From Octopus sinensis (taxonomy: Eukaryota), in the NCBI RefSeq assembly GCF_006345805.1, contig NC_043018.1, positions 12,586,001 to 12,650,000 on the forward strand: a stretch of 64,000 nt of DNA, given 5' to 3'. The position numbers and the translations under genes were made by a program. This document shows positions 51,700 through 64,000 of this stretch, piece by piece; within the stretch, counting starts at the first letter, position 1, and each line of letters opens with the position of its first letter. The notes below the pieces were generated by a model. That model did no database searches. It had not been told where the DNA came from and was given only the letters and a program-made list of their open reading frames with translations.

Positions 51700-53150
51700 C
51701 TCGTCATTTAACGTCCACTTTCCATGCTGGCATGGGTTGGATGGTTTGAGGGCTAGCAAACCAGAAGACTCCACCAGGCTCCAATCTGGCAAAGTTTCTA
51801 CCGCTGGTTGCCCTTGCTAATGCCAACCACTCCAAGAGTGTAGGGGGTGCTTTTTATGTGCTACCGGCATGAGGGCCAGTCAGGTGGCACTGGCAACAAC
51901 CATGCTCGAATGATGCTTTTTATGTACCAGCAGCACAGGAACCAGCTATGTGGCACTAGTAACAACTACACTCAAATGGTGCTTTTTATGTGCCACCGGC
52001 ATGGGACCAGTCACATGACCTGGCATTGACCATGCTCGAATGCTGCTTTTTGCATGCCACCAGCATGGGTGCCAATCAGAAAGTACTTTCATTGGTCTAC
52101 TGCTAGGGTGTGACACTTTCACACAGCTGTCCTCAACCATGCACAACTCGTGACCATACCAGCGCAGTCGTCTCTCTTAAACACCACGTCTGATGCTTAT
52201 GTCCATCTTTTCTCTCAGGGCACACATCCAGTGGAGCATACTAGCTTCATTCTGTGCAAGCTTACGCATGTACTCAGCAGTCACGACTCATGTTTCACTG
52301 CCATGTAGCATGGCTGTTGGCACATGTGCATCATACAGTCTACCTTTTACTCTGAGTGACAGGCCCTTTGTCACTAGCAGAAGTAGGTGTTTGAACTTTG
52401 TCCAGGCTATTCTTATTCCAGCAGCTACTCTCTCAGATCATCCACCCCTGCTACTGACTTGTCACCTAGGTAACGGAAGCTTTCAGCTACTTGTGGTTTT
52501 TTCCCCCTGGCATGTTTCGGAAGATGTTTTCTGCACATTTTCAGTGTTTATTGCCCCTGAGCATTTGCCGCACACACAAAAATTTCTTCCCAGTTAGCCT
52601 CCCTTTGATATTGTTACACCTCTTATGTGTCCATAACTTACACTGGGTACATCTTATGGGGTTTCTACCTACATCTTTTCCACAGATTGAGCATCTACCT
52701 GAAGGGATTTGTGGTTTGTCTGCCTTCCTACTTATTAAGACTTTGGTTTTAGCTAGGTTGACTCTAAGGCCCTTCCATTCTAGACCTTGCTTCCACACCT
52801 GAAACTTCTCCTCTTGTTCTGATACTGACTCACCTGTTAGAGCAAGGCCATCAGCACAGTGAAGCTCCCAAGGGCATCCTGTTTTGAATTCCTCTGTTAT
52901 TGTCTGCAGGACTATGATGAATAAGAGGGGGCTGAGGACTGATACTTAGTGGGTCCCTACCCATTCGGAGAATGCTTCACTATACGCGTTGCCAGCCCTC
53001 AACTTACTGACAGCATCCCTGTACATGGCTTGAATAGCTCTCATTAACCACTCATCTATCCCTAGTTTCCACACTGGCCACCAGATAAGGGATTGGGGGA
53101 CCTCGTCAAAGGCTTTTTCCATGTCAACAAAAGCCAGGTACAGCAGTGTG
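51700..53150 (-). mobile_element. RTE LINE: RT fragment plus 3' UTR, degenerate
   Basis: LAFVDMEKAFD...VLSPLLFIIVL...GLRVNLAKTKVL; UTR tail at about 51700. Confidence 0.88.
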
Positions 53151-53579
53151 GAAGGTGTTTATAAGTCATTCAAAAACACACAAAAAAAACAGATTTTCTT
53201 CAACATTTAAAATTTATTTGCCAAAATATTTTCGTTGCTTTTTGAGACCTCGACCCGTTCACTGACACAGTTCTGTGCTTCATATGTGTATATTTATATG
53301 TGTGTGTGTATATACACATGTACATACATACATACAGTGTACATGGTAAGAAAGAAGCATACTGGATTTCATTTTTACCCAATAAATTAGGAAAATGAAT
53401 CAGTTATTTCCCTCGGCTACATATAGGGGTTGATTCTTTTCAACAACCTGGGTATGCTATGAGTTTCCAGACAGGTGTTCTACTCAAGTGTTAAGTGTCA
53501 TCAAAATTGATAAAACAATGTAGGAGTTTAGCTATCAACTCTACAAACACACCCACAGACAGAATTTCCCACATTTGTA

Positions 53580-53625
<46 letters not shown>

Positions 53626-53659
53626 ATATATATATATACACACACACACATATATATAT

Positions 53660-54522
53660 TGGGCAATATCTGACAGTGAAACATCTTATGTCTGGAAAAT
53701 GCAAATCTACCCTGTAAAGGACCCAGTAAAAGGGAGGTAGACAAATCAAGGTCCAAGAGTTGTTGAAGACCTTGTAAAAGAACTTGAAAATACTGGTTGC
53801 AATATAACTTGTGATAATTTTTTTTACAAGTCTAGGATTGGCTCGAAAGCTGCTTAGCAAGAAAACTACTTTAGTAGGAACCGTTAGAAAGAACAGAGTT
53901 GAACTTCCAAGTGCTTCACAAATGGAAATCAACAGCACAATATTTGGATTTCAAAAGGATTCTATGATTCTATCTTATTGTCCCAAGAGAAATGACATTG
54001 TCACACTTATGAGTAGATTGCATTCTCAGCCTTCAATTGATTCAAAAAGTGGTAAGAAGAAACCTGAAGTTATAACAAAACAAAAGGAGGATTTGATACC
54101 CTAGATGAAATGGTAAGGACCTACACTTGCAAAAGAATGACTCGAAGATGGCCTATGATTATATTCTACAACATGATTGATATAAGTGCAGTGAATGCTT
54201 TCGTTGTTGTTAAATAGCTTCACTTGCAAAGTTTCAAGGATAAAAGAAGACAGAGCCTAATTCAGTGAGGAAAGGAGCTCTGCTGGAGTTAATGCTAAAC
54301 AAGAACGTGAAAGTCTTCCAGTTCTGTTAACATTTTTTAACCAAACAAGAAAAGACAATCTTCAACTTCATTTGCAATTTCTCAGCCAAAGAAAAAAAGA
54401 CGTTCTTTGTGTGGCCTAAAAAAAAACACAGGAAAACTTGTACTACGTGTAAGAATTGGAAGATCCGTGTTTGCCAAGAACATTCCAATGTTGTCTGCAT
54501 TCACTGCCATGAAAAGCTGTAA
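53660..54522 (+). mobile_element. piggyBac transposase pseudogene fragment
   Basis: WAISDSETSYVWKMQIY...NITCDNFFTS...LVGTVRKNR...DEMVRTYTCKRMTRRWPMIIFYNMIDISAVNAF, plus a Cys-rich C-terminus; frameshifts. Confidence 0.88.
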
Positions 54523-54621
54523 TTCTGTATTTTTGTAATTTATGATATATTCTGTAAGCTGTATTTTTTTTTTATTAAAACATTGTTTGTAACTTATTGA
54601 TTAATTTTACTTTGATTTCAG

Positions 54622-54754
54622 ATTGGGGTATGAAGGTTTTTACAAAAAAAGAGTTCACGAAAACTATGATGAAGGGGAAACAACATTTTATAAGACAAGT
54701 CGTTTTTCTGACCCTGAAAATACAGCTTACAGTCTCAAACAGTTAATAGACAAG
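54622..54754 (+). CDS. EEP-fusion gene, coding exon 4
   Basis: cag|A...AAG|gtaaat; LGYEGFYKKR...EGETTFYKTSRF matches the CCR4-family GYxG..KxR...GCAxFYK segment. Confidence 0.9.
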
Positions 54755-57349
54755 GTAAATGTATATCTCTTTTGTTCCGGACAATTTGGGTTCCTCTGCA
54801 GGATCACCGATGACAGGCTCGTTACAGTTGCTGGAAAAGAAGCCCGTAGCCCTGTTACTCTTTAAATCCTGTTCCTAGCTCTGCGTTTTACGGGACGTGG
54901 TCGTCATTGTCATCATTATCATTTTATGCCTATTTTCATGCTGGCATCAGTGAGATAGTTTGACAAGGACCCAACCAATCGGAAGACTGCTGCTGCACCC
55001 TCGTATCTTTGGTTTGGTTTTAATGACTGGTGCCCTTCCTAATATCTGCCAATTTACACAGTGGGTTTTTTTCTTCTTTCCCCAAGTTACCAGCACTAGT
55101 GAAGTGGTGGCCTTGCAACATCCAAGACTAAAGAACCCAAAGCTCTCTCCCCCACCATCACACACAACTAGGCATGGCCATGTGGGATATGGAGTTCACT
55201 TTGTTTCATGTCGGCTCAAGTTCTATTTTATTGCATGTTAGCATGGGAACATGTCTTCTGTCGTGGCTCCAGATTTGATAAACAGAAACTTTGGAAGTTC
55301 ATTGCATGCATGTGTGTGTGTGTGTGTCTGACTGAGTGTTTACAATCTGTGTGTTTTATGAAAACATTGAGCTAAAATCAGTTTTTGTTGACATTCCTTG
55401 TGACAAAAGTTATCCTTATAACTCTGTGCTTCTGAAGACAAGTAGAACAAAGCAAAAAACATCCCTTGTAAAACAGGCATGGGTTATCAATCTGAAGGGC
55501 AGCCAGCCAGCCAGCCTCAGTAGTATTTATTGTTCATCCCATGCTAGCATGGAATAATGGATGTAAAATGGGTAAATAATGACTGCTGAAGACAGCAACT
55601 GTTTTTTGTAAATAGCAGCAGTACTGTATGAAAGGTGCATAGGAACTGCTTTGTAAACGTGCTTTTCAATTAATAACCTTAAAACTGTTTTCTCCTGAAT
55701 GCTGTGTCTATAGAGATGGAAATATCTACCCTTTGTTACAAACGGATACTCTTTTTTTTTCTTTTCTTTTTCCTGTGGGTGTGGAAACCTTTGAAATATG
55801 TTTGCATGTTTATTTTCACATCTTACTGGGGTGGTCCGGGTAAATTGCTGAAGGTAGTAAGAAAGTGAAACTCTAAAACTGAATTTAAGTTCAATTCTAA
55901 ATTTTCAAACAGACCAAGTAAATATTTTAGGATTGAATCATTTGGCCCTATCATTTTCCTTCCAGCTCAGCACCTCACCATGATAATCTTTTCATGCTGG
56001 CATCGGCTGAACAGGTCACTGTTTAGTCAGAGATGTATATTATTATTGTTATTTTGAGACCCCTCTCCCCAAATTTCAGGCCTTGTGTCTATAGTAGAAA
56101 GGGTTATTATTATTAAGGCATGAACTGGTAGAATTATTAGCACTGACCGAAATTCTTAGTGACATTTCTTCTGGATTTACATTCTGAGTTCAAATTCAGC
56201 TAAGTTTGCCGTTTTCCTTCTGGGTGCTGATAAAAGAGATACCAGCTGAGTAGTGGTAGTTGACTAAACCTCTTCCTCAGAAAATTGCTGGCCTTGTACC
56301 AAAATTTGAAACATAGGCATGGAATTTCAGTTTCATGCTTCTGTAAAAATCTAAATGAATATTTATAAACTAACAGGACCTGTGAATATTTCACAGAATT
56401 AATGGTAAACCTATTGGGTTATATCTGAAAAGTTTACCAAAAAACCTGGAAGCATAGCATGTGTTATGTGTGTATGGGAAGAGAGTCGTTCTTTCTGCTG
56501 TTCATTGAAAAGTGAAAGAAATTGGAATATGATGATTACTTAATGCACTTTATATCACATGGGATCAAGAGAAATAATAGTTTTAGGATTATAAACCTGG
56601 AAAAGTACAGGACAACTTATTACATCTGCTAGAGTACAGAACAAGAAAGTTTTTGCTTAAAATATTGCAGCTATGGATAAAATTTGAAATAAAATATTTA
56701 GATTTAGAATATATCAGCTTTTATTAAAACTAAAAATTTCATTACAATTTATTACCTCTATATGTTATTACTTGTTACTTCTGTTAAAAATTTTAAAAAT
56801 AACTCAAAATATTTTTTGCACTTCAAAAAAGAATTCATATTATTAATTAATAATTAGAAATTTGAAAATAAGTTATAAAAATAGTAGTAGTACATAGTTA
56901 GTACAATCTACTTGTAGCAACAAATTCACTGTAGAATTTGCTTGAGTTATTGCCAAGTTTTCACATTTTTAGTCTTGACATAATGAATTTGCCTACCCTA
57001 AATACTGTTCTAGTTTGCATAAAACTTTCAATCATTGAATGGCTATGGGAGCCCACCCAAGCAGAATAGTAATCAAAGGAGAGTCCATGGATAAATCTTG
57101 TGGTTGAGAACCCCAGGTCTACTGGTCTACATTTACACATCCATGACTAAAAGTATATTCCATTGAACTCCTAGACTTCATCAAACATTATTTTTAATTC
57201 TATAAATAATTATCATAGAATAGAAGGGAAAATTTTGATTTCTCAATTCCTTTTCTGTGCTTTTGCATAGTTCGATTAATCTTGTGGTTTCTCATCTGTT
57301 GTGCCATTGCTTGCTGTCTGAACTACCTGAACTACCTGAAGCACAGACA

Positions 57350-57710
57350 ACGTGACTGGGCGATAAGAAGTGTTCTTCCCAACCACATGGTTTCAGGTTC
57401 AGTCCCACTACATACCAAACGCTTTTGAGTTGATTTAGGAGATGAAATTCGAGAGGCCCGTCATGTGTGTATGTGGCCCCTGCCTCTTTGCCTCGACTTT
57501 ATAGTTGTAAATGAATGACACCATCATGTAAACAGTGTCCTTTCTTTCCAGTCTTCTGTGAACACCTGTCTGATCATGGGCGGTGGTGGGGGGGATATTA
57601 ATTTACTTGGAAACAGGTGAGGGTATCCATCTGTAGAAAATTCCGCCTTAACAAATTCAGTCCAACCCATGCAGGTATGGAAAAGTGAACATCAGAATGG
57701 TGATAATGGT
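57350..57710 (+). mobile_element. tRNA-head SINE with RTE-type tail
   Basis: AACCACATGGTTTCAGGTTCAGTCCC head, then ...GGAAACAGGTGAGGG...CCCATGCAGGTATGGAAAAGTG. Confidence 0.65.
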
Positions 57711-57916
57711 TCTAGGGAATGTTGTATAGCCTTGATAATTCATGGGGCTAACAGACTTTATCTTTTTCCTATTTATGAAATGGTTGGACTTCAAAAATTT
57801 TGTCATGCTATGAAATGTGATTTATTATTATTATGCTAATATATACTTGTGTGATAGTATTTTCTAGATTTTGTCTTCTATTTAATACATGACTGCAATT
57901 GTATTTCTCTGTCTAG

Positions 57917-58096
57917 GACATTCAAGAAATGAGTCTTTCGGAAGAAGTTAAGGAATCAGTACGTCGCTTCATGTGTCTGCCTGATGTACTTCTTGTTACG
58001 AGACTTCGATGTAAAAATACTGGCAAGTTTATCACAGTTGGAAATGTTCATGTCAACTGGGGCAATTTCAAACTTCCGAACATTCAGTGTGTTCAG
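57917..58096 (+). CDS. EEP-fusion gene, coding exon 5
   Basis: tag|GAC...CAG|gtaagt; ...FITVGNVHVNWGNFKLPNIQCVQ (NxH strand). Confidence 0.88.
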
Positions 58097-58916
58097 GTAA
58101 GTGACTTCTTATGGGCTCAGTGTATTTGCTGTTATGATGGCATAGCCTTGCAACGATGTGGTTCTGGCTTTGCTTTTCGACTGGCTAATATTTTGGAATA
58201 AAATCTGATGAGGTGGAAACTAGAAACCTGTCATTTGTATGTGAATGTACATAGAGAGATGGAGAAAGCTTTTGCTGGTGTATGTGAGAGTTAATTTCAA
58301 TTTATACCTCACCAAAATTTGATCAGCTGCAGGTGGCGCTGTCATCATCTCTGCTGCCTTCTAAGATTTGTGGAATAAAAAATTTTTTACTTTAACTCTT
58401 TAGCATGTTGCCATTTTAAAAAAATTTATCATTTTGTTGACGTTATTTTTTAATTTTTACAATCAGTTTAAATGCTAAATGGTTAAACAGGTATAAATTA
58501 GTGGCAGGAAGGGCATTTGGCTGTAAAACTCTACCTCAATATATTTGTCTAACAAATGGTAACATGGGTAAACAGGTAAACTAGATATGGTAATGGTGGT
58601 GGTGGGGTGTCAAAATTGCAATCAATAATTATGCTGTTCAATTAATTAGTGATCTTCCTCTAATTGTGTGGTCTTAATGATGGTTGTTATCAGCCTTGTT
58701 ATGGAAGAATAGCAGAAATGTAATATCAGATTGTTTAGTCTGTTTAGTTGAGTTGTAAGTTTGATCCCTATTCAAGGTCATCTTTGTCTCTCTTCATTTT
58801 ACATCAATAAAATGTTACAAAAGTAGCACGGTCAGTTTCAATTGACTTACAAATCTGTGTCCTTGTACCAATGGAGAAAAACCTAATAGTTTTTTTTTTT
58901 CTTTCTAATGTTTTAG

Positions 58917-59102
58917 ATTGCACGTGCTATCAGGGAAGTAGTGAATCGGGCTGGCAGTGATTCTAACCCTCATGTGATTTGTGGAGACTTCAATTCGAGC
59001 CCAAAGTCCCCTGGCTATCAACTGGCATCGGAAGGTTATTTAGCAGATGCCATGATTCAGCTTTTACAATCTTCTAAAACAATGGAGATGCCCGATGGAT
59101 CG
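58917..59102 (+). CDS. EEP-fusion gene, coding exon 6
   Basis: tag|ATT...TCG|gtaggt; PHVICGDFNSSPKSPGYQL (GDFN motif). Confidence 0.92.
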
Positions 59103-60252
59103 GTAGGTTTTATGATTTTTATGTGCAATTTCTTTAAGAAAGTTATCTTTTGTTGTTAGAGTTCATCTTTTGAACATTTCTGGCTCTTTCTTTTATAGTT
59201 TTCACCATTAAACTTCACATATTCCAAAATGCCAAACTTTTCATCAGTCTAAAATGTTTTATTTTCTACTGCCAGAAAACTGGAACTGTCTTTGGATCTA
59301 TATTCTCAATCTAACCTGGGACTACATGTCTCTTTTCTTTGAAGAAAGAACCCTGTCCAAAACAGAACTCAATTCACTTTTCGCCATGGAACAAATTTAT
59401 ACAAAATTAAATTAAATTCTCAATTGAATTTTTAATAAATGCTGCTGCAGCTTATTTTTTCCTGTTGTGGTATGCTGTAACTTGGCCGGTATAAAAGTGG
59501 TTAACTGACACCTCCCCACCAGATGGGGGGGGGCAACCTGTAGCAGGTTTTATTCATAGTAAAAAATTTGAACTCATAAGTTGAAACACGAGTATTTGCA
59601 AGAGTGTTTTCAATCTTTTTCTTAATTTTGCTGTTTTAAGACGGCTCTAACTTTCCTTAAGTAGATAGGCTGGATAATTGAGCACCAAATGTCTTTGCCA
59701 GATCTAGTGAAGTGCTGGATTTTGGTGGTATGACGTTTGCTTCCCAGCCACATGGTTTCAGGTTCAGTCCCACTGCATCGATTGAATTTGGCAGGTGAAA
59801 CAAATGTGTGTCTTTCTGTTTTCTGTTTATCCTCTCCCACTCTTTGACAACTTGTGTTTATTCATTTAGGTCTCCCATAACTTAGCAGTTTAGCAAAATC
59901 AGACTGATATAAGTAGTGGGCCTCAAAAATAAATGCTGGAGTCTATTTGTTTGATTAAACCCTTGAAGGCCATCCCCAACATGGCCACAGTCCAATGACT
60001 GAACCAAATAAAATCAAAAGTGATAAAGATTATCTTTCTCTCTCTCACCTCCGTTTTGGGGTTTCTTTCATAAAATACAAGTGTACATAAAGTTTTGTAT
60101 TTAAAAAAAAAAGATGTAGTTCTATTTTCGTAATTAGAAAAAAATAGCTTTGTTTGTGGAAGATGTTTGGTAGATATTTTACTGATTTGTAGTTTTCAAT
60201 ATAAAGTTTGAAAAAATAGAATGAATTTCTTAAATTGCTGAATATTTTACAG

Positions 60253-60333
60253 AAATCGGCACTTGTAGATCATCTTTGGGAAGGATTCCAGCACACTTCA
60301 TCCAGTCTTAAGAGTGCCTATGCTGTTGTACAG
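60253..60333 (+). CDS. EEP-fusion gene, coding exon 7
   Basis: cag|AAA...CAG|gtaaga; KSALVDHLWEGFQHTSSSLKSAYAVVQ (LxSAY motif). Confidence 0.88.
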
Positions 60334-62003
60334 GTAAGAACTATTGTTTCTGCATTTCTCTTTTCTTCCATTTTTGTGGGTGGTGGTGGTGGGGGGTTAG
60401 GGGGAAAACGGTTGGATTCCCTCCTCTTACTAAACCATAAATCTGGTTTCTACTTCAAAGTAAGCATTAAAATGTCTGCTTTATTATATGAATTTGACTT
60501 ACTTGTCATCAGTGGCATTGTAGCTGAAATCTTAGTAAATTGTATTGTTTGCCTGATAAATATAATTCTGACACCTTGTCTCTTCATCATTGGAGGCGTC
60601 CATTCATCTCCGGAACTCTCTGACATTTCAAAGTCACTTTCATCTGCACCAATGATGCGACATGTTTGTCACGGGGACATTTGTTAACATGCGGCGGGGG
60701 TGGGGTGGGGGGCTCCTCATAAACAAATAATTTAGCGCAGTGTGAAACGCTATGCATGATAATAAAGTTGAAGGAAACACGTTCACACATTATGCAACAC
60801 GAATGTATTCTGAAAGATGCAGAAAAGGCAGCCAATCATTCTAATTTTACACCTAAAAACCGTTTGGACTTTATTTGGCACAGAGAAGAAAAGTTCTTTC
60901 CCTTCGCCGTTTGGACTTCCAGTGTGGCACCAAGGACAAATGTCTTCTAATGTGGTCTTGTGCATGAATTTATAGAAAATGTCAGAAGCCCATTGTGTGG
61001 GTGTTTGTGTCTTCTTGTCTTGGCGTTGCATGACAATTGTAAAAGTATCAGTCATTTTGAATATTCTGTGAAAATATGTCTGGCCATAGAGAAATATTAC
61101 TTGTTTAGAAACAAGTGTGGATTGGATTGGTGACAGGAAGGTCATTAGGCCGATCTCCTTAAACTCTTTCCAGCCCATGCAAGCATGGAAAAGTAGGCGT
61201 TAAAACAACGAGGAATAAAATATTGCCAAAAAAATACTATTCCCAGCAGAACAATATTATAAACAGATTTATGTCTTCAATTTTGTTCCATAGCTGAGAT
61301 TATTTAAAGTGCTTGCTGAATGCATGTTTTCAATAATTTTAATTGCACTATTATAATGGGAAAAGGTAACAAGAAGCAAAACAATTTCTTCTTGTTGTAT
61401 GTAGATTACTGACGTGCATTCACTTGTTGCTTTAAACATTAAAATAACTTTTGAGGTAATAAAGGATATAACTGCACCATTGGTACAACCCATAACTTAA
61501 CATCCAAATCCGTCAGAAAAAAATCCCTGATTTCTAAAGAAATTCTATTTTTCATGGTTCTGTATATACTTTTAACAATCAAAAAGCTTTCGAAATTACT
61601 CTGGAATCTCTAAGGGTTCCCCTCACCATCATCATTGTTTAACATTTGTTTTCTCTGCTGGTGTTGTTAGTATATAAGTATAAAAGCTATAGTTGTGTCA
61701 GAAAGCCAATTTGAGAATTTAATTGACGTAAATAGGGTTATGTTCCACACAAGTTAGTTTTGTGAAAATTACTTGGAAGAAATATTATCCAGTTTATTTG
61801 GTAGGAAAATTTTCCTAAATGGATTTAATTTTCTTCTTAAATAGGTTGTTGTCCCTGCAGTTAAACTATTAAAAGATCAATATTTTTTTGAGCTGTTTGT
61901 TATTATGAATGTTGATTTGTTGTGAGGGTTATTGGAAACCAAAATGGAATGTGATTATTTTACTGATATTTTAACTATTAATTTCAACTGTTCTTCTTTG
62001 AAG

Positions 62004-62204
62004 GGTAATGAACCAGCCTTGACCACCATGACTCTGCACACCCGTGAATGTTTGGATTATGTTTTCTACAGTTCCACCAGCTTAGAAGCTGTGGGTGTCT
62101 TGCAAGTCCCTGGTAAACAGAGTGTGCTTGACTGCAAATTCATTCCAAACAGAATCTTTCCATCAGACCATCTCTCATTAAAAGCAGTCTTGGCTTTTAA
62201 ATAA
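62004..62204 (+). CDS. EEP-fusion gene, terminal exon 8
   Basis: aag|GGT...TAA; GNEPALTT...CLDYVFYSS...PNRIFPSDHLSLKAVLAFK* (LDY and PSDH motifs). Confidence 0.92.
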   Translation, partial: GNEPALTTMTLHTRECLDYVFYSSTSLEAVGVLQVPGKQSVLDCKFIPNRIFPSDHLSLKAVLAFK

Positions 62205-64000
62205 ATTTCACATAGGTAATCTTCACACTTATTGTTTGTTGTTGTTGTCTTTTTGCTTGTTTTTTTCCTCTCTCATTAAAGATGATGGGTGTCGGACTTA
62301 AGTCTTTGCAGTATTCACTTAGGCCTCATTTGCATTCAAAACCTGTCGAGGTTCACTTCATTTACCTTTCATTCTTCTGGGGGTCAATAAAATAATTACC
62401 AGTTGATATAATTACCTTTTTCCTTTATTTAAAAAAAAAAATTTTTTTTTCTTTAGAAATTTATTTGCAGACAAAACGAATAAATTTTAATAATATTTTG
62501 TTAAATTAACATTGTAAAGTTTTATATGGTTGTTTTGATATTTCTATCAATAGGGGTTTGCAAACTGTAGTCCACGAGGACAAAACTGATGACCTTGATA
62601 AATAGCTTTTTTCTTTTTTTGTATGTCTTACCTTTTGTTGTATTAAACGTTTCAGTTAAACTACATTATCATAGTTAATAATTGCTCAATTCTCAGTAAA
62701 TTAGCTTACTTTGATGAGCATCAGTTTTAATTTAGTTATTTAAGAAGTGAAATTTCACCTTAATAGTCGCCTACAACAGAAGTTACCTGAAGGGTAATTA
62801 ATTTGTTCTTTGTTCTATTTTTAAAAAAATTTTGTTTTTTGTTTGACTGTTTTTTTCCCCTCCATTCATTTTTCAGATTCGTCTCTCATTCTGATAAAAA
62901 CCAATGGCTATTTTGCTGTTGTGTGGAACTGGTTTCATTATTGTTCCTGCCACAACTCATCTTCACATCCACAGACCAAATCTTTCTTGTGTGGTCTTTT
63001 GCCATTCTTATTGCAGCAGCAGCAGCAGTAGGAGATTGGGTCCGATATTTTTATGCCAATGGAGTAGTTCATGGAACTGTGTGCTACTACTACTACAACA
63101 CACTGCAAGCAGCAACAACAATCACCACTACTACACTGTTTAATGGAACATCTATAGATTTAAAAGTTAGCCTTATTTGTACAACTTTCCTTTTTCCTTA
63201 TTCAATGATTGATTGTTTCAGTTTTATAATTGACACTAACATCTTGTCAGAGACTCTCATTACAGATACAAGTCTGAATATCTCTGTTCCTTCTTTCTAT
63301 TTGCCAAATTCATTTACTCTATCCCATTTCATCTCCAGGGATATTGGGTGGAGAACTTAAGAGAAACAATAGTTTTAAACTTCTTAATCAGATTATCATC
63401 TCATCCATGTGTGGTGGTTTTGGTGTTAACATTTTTATGTTTTTAATATTAAACCTTTCCAATCAACCACCTGTCATTTGTATAGTTTTTTGTTTTTGTT
63501 TATTTTTCCCTCTTTACAAATTTTTATTTTTAATTTGTTTTTTGCATTCACTTGTTCATCATATCTAAATTGATAAGCACTTGTAAAGCTTGGTCCTAGC
63601 AGCTAACAGAAACCAGATCTAGCAAATTCCAGCAAAAATTCCTCAGCGGTACTGTTTGACTTTGAAAAGAATAATGTAAAATCTCTATACCAAAACCTAA
63701 ACACTTAGTACTGCTGGGATCCTCTTCTCATAATTCCATCTCATGAACAAATATGTTAAATATTTTGTAATTTTAGAAGAATATATTAAAAACCAAAAAT
63801 TGCATTGGTACATTTCAATATGGAACAAATATTTTTACTGTTAATTTCACTTTGGATCTGAGCCAAATGTACAGACCCTTCTGTTATGTATCTTGTGAGT
63901 TTAATATGCAGGCCAGCATGTATGGGCCCTTCTGTACATGACAGTGTATACAGGCCATTTTGTAATATCGTGTGACTCAATGCTTCATGACTTGTCTTTG

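Noticed and set aside
53215-53280. Third hammerhead candidate on the minus strand (GTCAGTGAA...CGAAAATATTTT)
   Set aside because: No CTGANGA box can be placed, so the fold is not supportable
40319-62204. Naming the EEP gene CNOT6, PDE12, ANGEL or NOCT
   Set aside because: No LRR, no obvious mitochondrial leader, and the motifs are intermediate; a phylogeny is needed

Overview
AT-rich, microsatellite-dense animal genomic DNA. The repeat families look like octopus/cephalopod; that is recognition from memory, not a database result. Two spliced + strand genes can be reconstructed. (1) The last 7 coding exons of cullin-5 (CUL5), 1088-9015. (2) A complete 8-exon ORF, 40319-62204 (6285 nt, 2094 aa, all splice phases consistent): about 1760 aa of Ser/Pro/Lys/Thr-rich low-complexity sequence, mostly one 5.2-kb exon, fused to a C-terminal CCR4/PDE12/Angel/Nocturnin-type EEP nuclease domain with intact catalytic motifs and no LRR. 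Between the genes lie a CpG-rich promoter-like zone with no identifiable coding exon (about 20.7-24.9 kb), a U6 pseudogene fused to the 5' end of a SINE, a Penelope-like GIY-YIG remnant with hammerhead-like motifs and a tRNA-like segment, and a roughly 14-kb field of RTE and CR1/L2-like LINE fragments, SINEs and (TA)n-type satellites. Introns of the second gene contain piggyBac-type elements. The best candidates for novelty are the giant disordered-region/EEP fusion protein with repeated DLS-like and CDK motifs, the hammerhead-bearing retroelement remnants, and the U6-SINE chimera. All functional statements are inference from sequence reading only.
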